The notes under the pieces are model-generated. The model was not told the DNA's origin, made no database searches, and saw nothing but the letters and a program-made list of their open reading frames with translations. Of a DNA stretch of 64,000 bases, positions 63,541 through 64,000 are shown one piece after another (position 1 is the first letter of the stretch; each line of letters starts with the position of its first letter). The stretch comes from Patescibacteria group bacterium (GTDB taxonomy: Bacteria; Patescibacteriota; Patescibacteriia; UBA1558; UBA10009): contig JBAZSE010000002.1 in NCBI GenBank assembly GCA_041662565.1, forward strand, positions 27,244 to 91,243, read 5' to 3'. The position numbers and the translations under genes are program-made.

Positions 63541-63586
63541 GCGACGTAGAGTGAAATCGAGCTTAGCTCGACGAACCGAGGAGCTT
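63541..63586. repeat. dispersed repeat family B, copy 2 (inverted)
   Basis: gcgacgtagagtgaaatcgagcttagctcgacgaaccgaggagct is the reverse complement of copy 1 with about 12 nt deleted. Confidence 0.65.
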
Positions 63587-63699
63587 ATATGTAATCATAT
63601 AATTACCCATATCTTAACTAATATTTCATAATAAATCAATCCATTGATTAATGTCTTAAATATGTTAAAATAGCAGCATAATCTTTAAACCATATTAAA

Positions 63700-64000
63700 A
63701 TGAAAATATTTGAACAAGACCCCGAATTAGCCCAGTTCTATCAATCGGAACTAGAAAGGCAACGCCACACCCTAGAAATGATCCCTTCGGAAAACTTTGT
63801 TTCCGAGGCGGTTTTAGAGGCCCTAGGCGGAGTTGGCACCAATAAATACTCCGAGGGTTACCCGGGCCAGCGCTATTACGGCGGCAACCAATATATTGAT
63901 CAAATTGAAAACCTGGCCCGCGATCGGGCCAAACAGCTCTTTGGAGTGGATCATGTTAACGTCCAACCCTACAGCGGTTCTCCGGCCAACCAAGCCGCCA
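63700..64000 (+). CDS. glyA: serine hydroxymethyltransferase, N-terminal ~100 aa (continues beyond window end)
   Basis: [62 protein letters not shown]; truncated by the window edge. Confidence 0.85.
   Translation, partial: MKIFEQDPELAQFYQSELERQRHTLEMIPSENFVSEAVLEALGGVGTNKYSEGYPGQRYYGGNQYIDQIENLARDRAKQLFGVDHVNVQPYSGSPANQAA

Overview
64 kb of a low-GC (roughly 40%) bacterial chromosome, standard genetic code, compact and mostly housekeeping. Native genes almost never carry a Shine-Dalgarno sequence. Monoderm and Gram-positive-like traits (ClpC, RNase J, a CIRCE element, no secretin in the pilus locus), and many small and hypothetical proteins. Together these suggest a streamlined, possibly CPR/Patescibacteria-like lineage; this is inference. 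Left part: argS (partial), smpB plus a predicted tmRNA, infC-rpmI-rplT, tRNA-Asp, lgt, two DsbA-like genes, gatCA, two tRNAs, ligA. Roughly 10.1-29.2 kb is one large minus-strand type IV pilus locus, running from three giant secreted proteins through pilM-N-O, pilB, a CheY-like receiver, a catalytically degenerate PilT-like ATPase, pilC, two tandem pilins, pilD and four minor pilins. It carries four copies of a promoter-bearing palindromic repeat. Right part: lemA-htpX, clpC, comFC, sod, tRNA clusters, pyk, groESL with a perfect CIRCE, a NYN-domain gene, an O-antigen-ligase-like gene, uvrA, truD, a short uvrC, secG, an Opp-like SBP, tRNA-Leu, rnj, trpS, a solitary MazF/PemK-like toxin, murI, a pgm-family gene and glyA (partial). 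Other notable features: at least four families of short dispersed palindromic (MITE/REP-like) repeats; seven scattered GC-rich singleton ORFs that all carry strong GGAGG ribosome-binding sites, unlike native genes; a small gene cassette flanked by 32-bp direct repeats beside tRNA genes; and an atypical tRNA. No CRISPR array, reverse transcriptase or transposase was seen.
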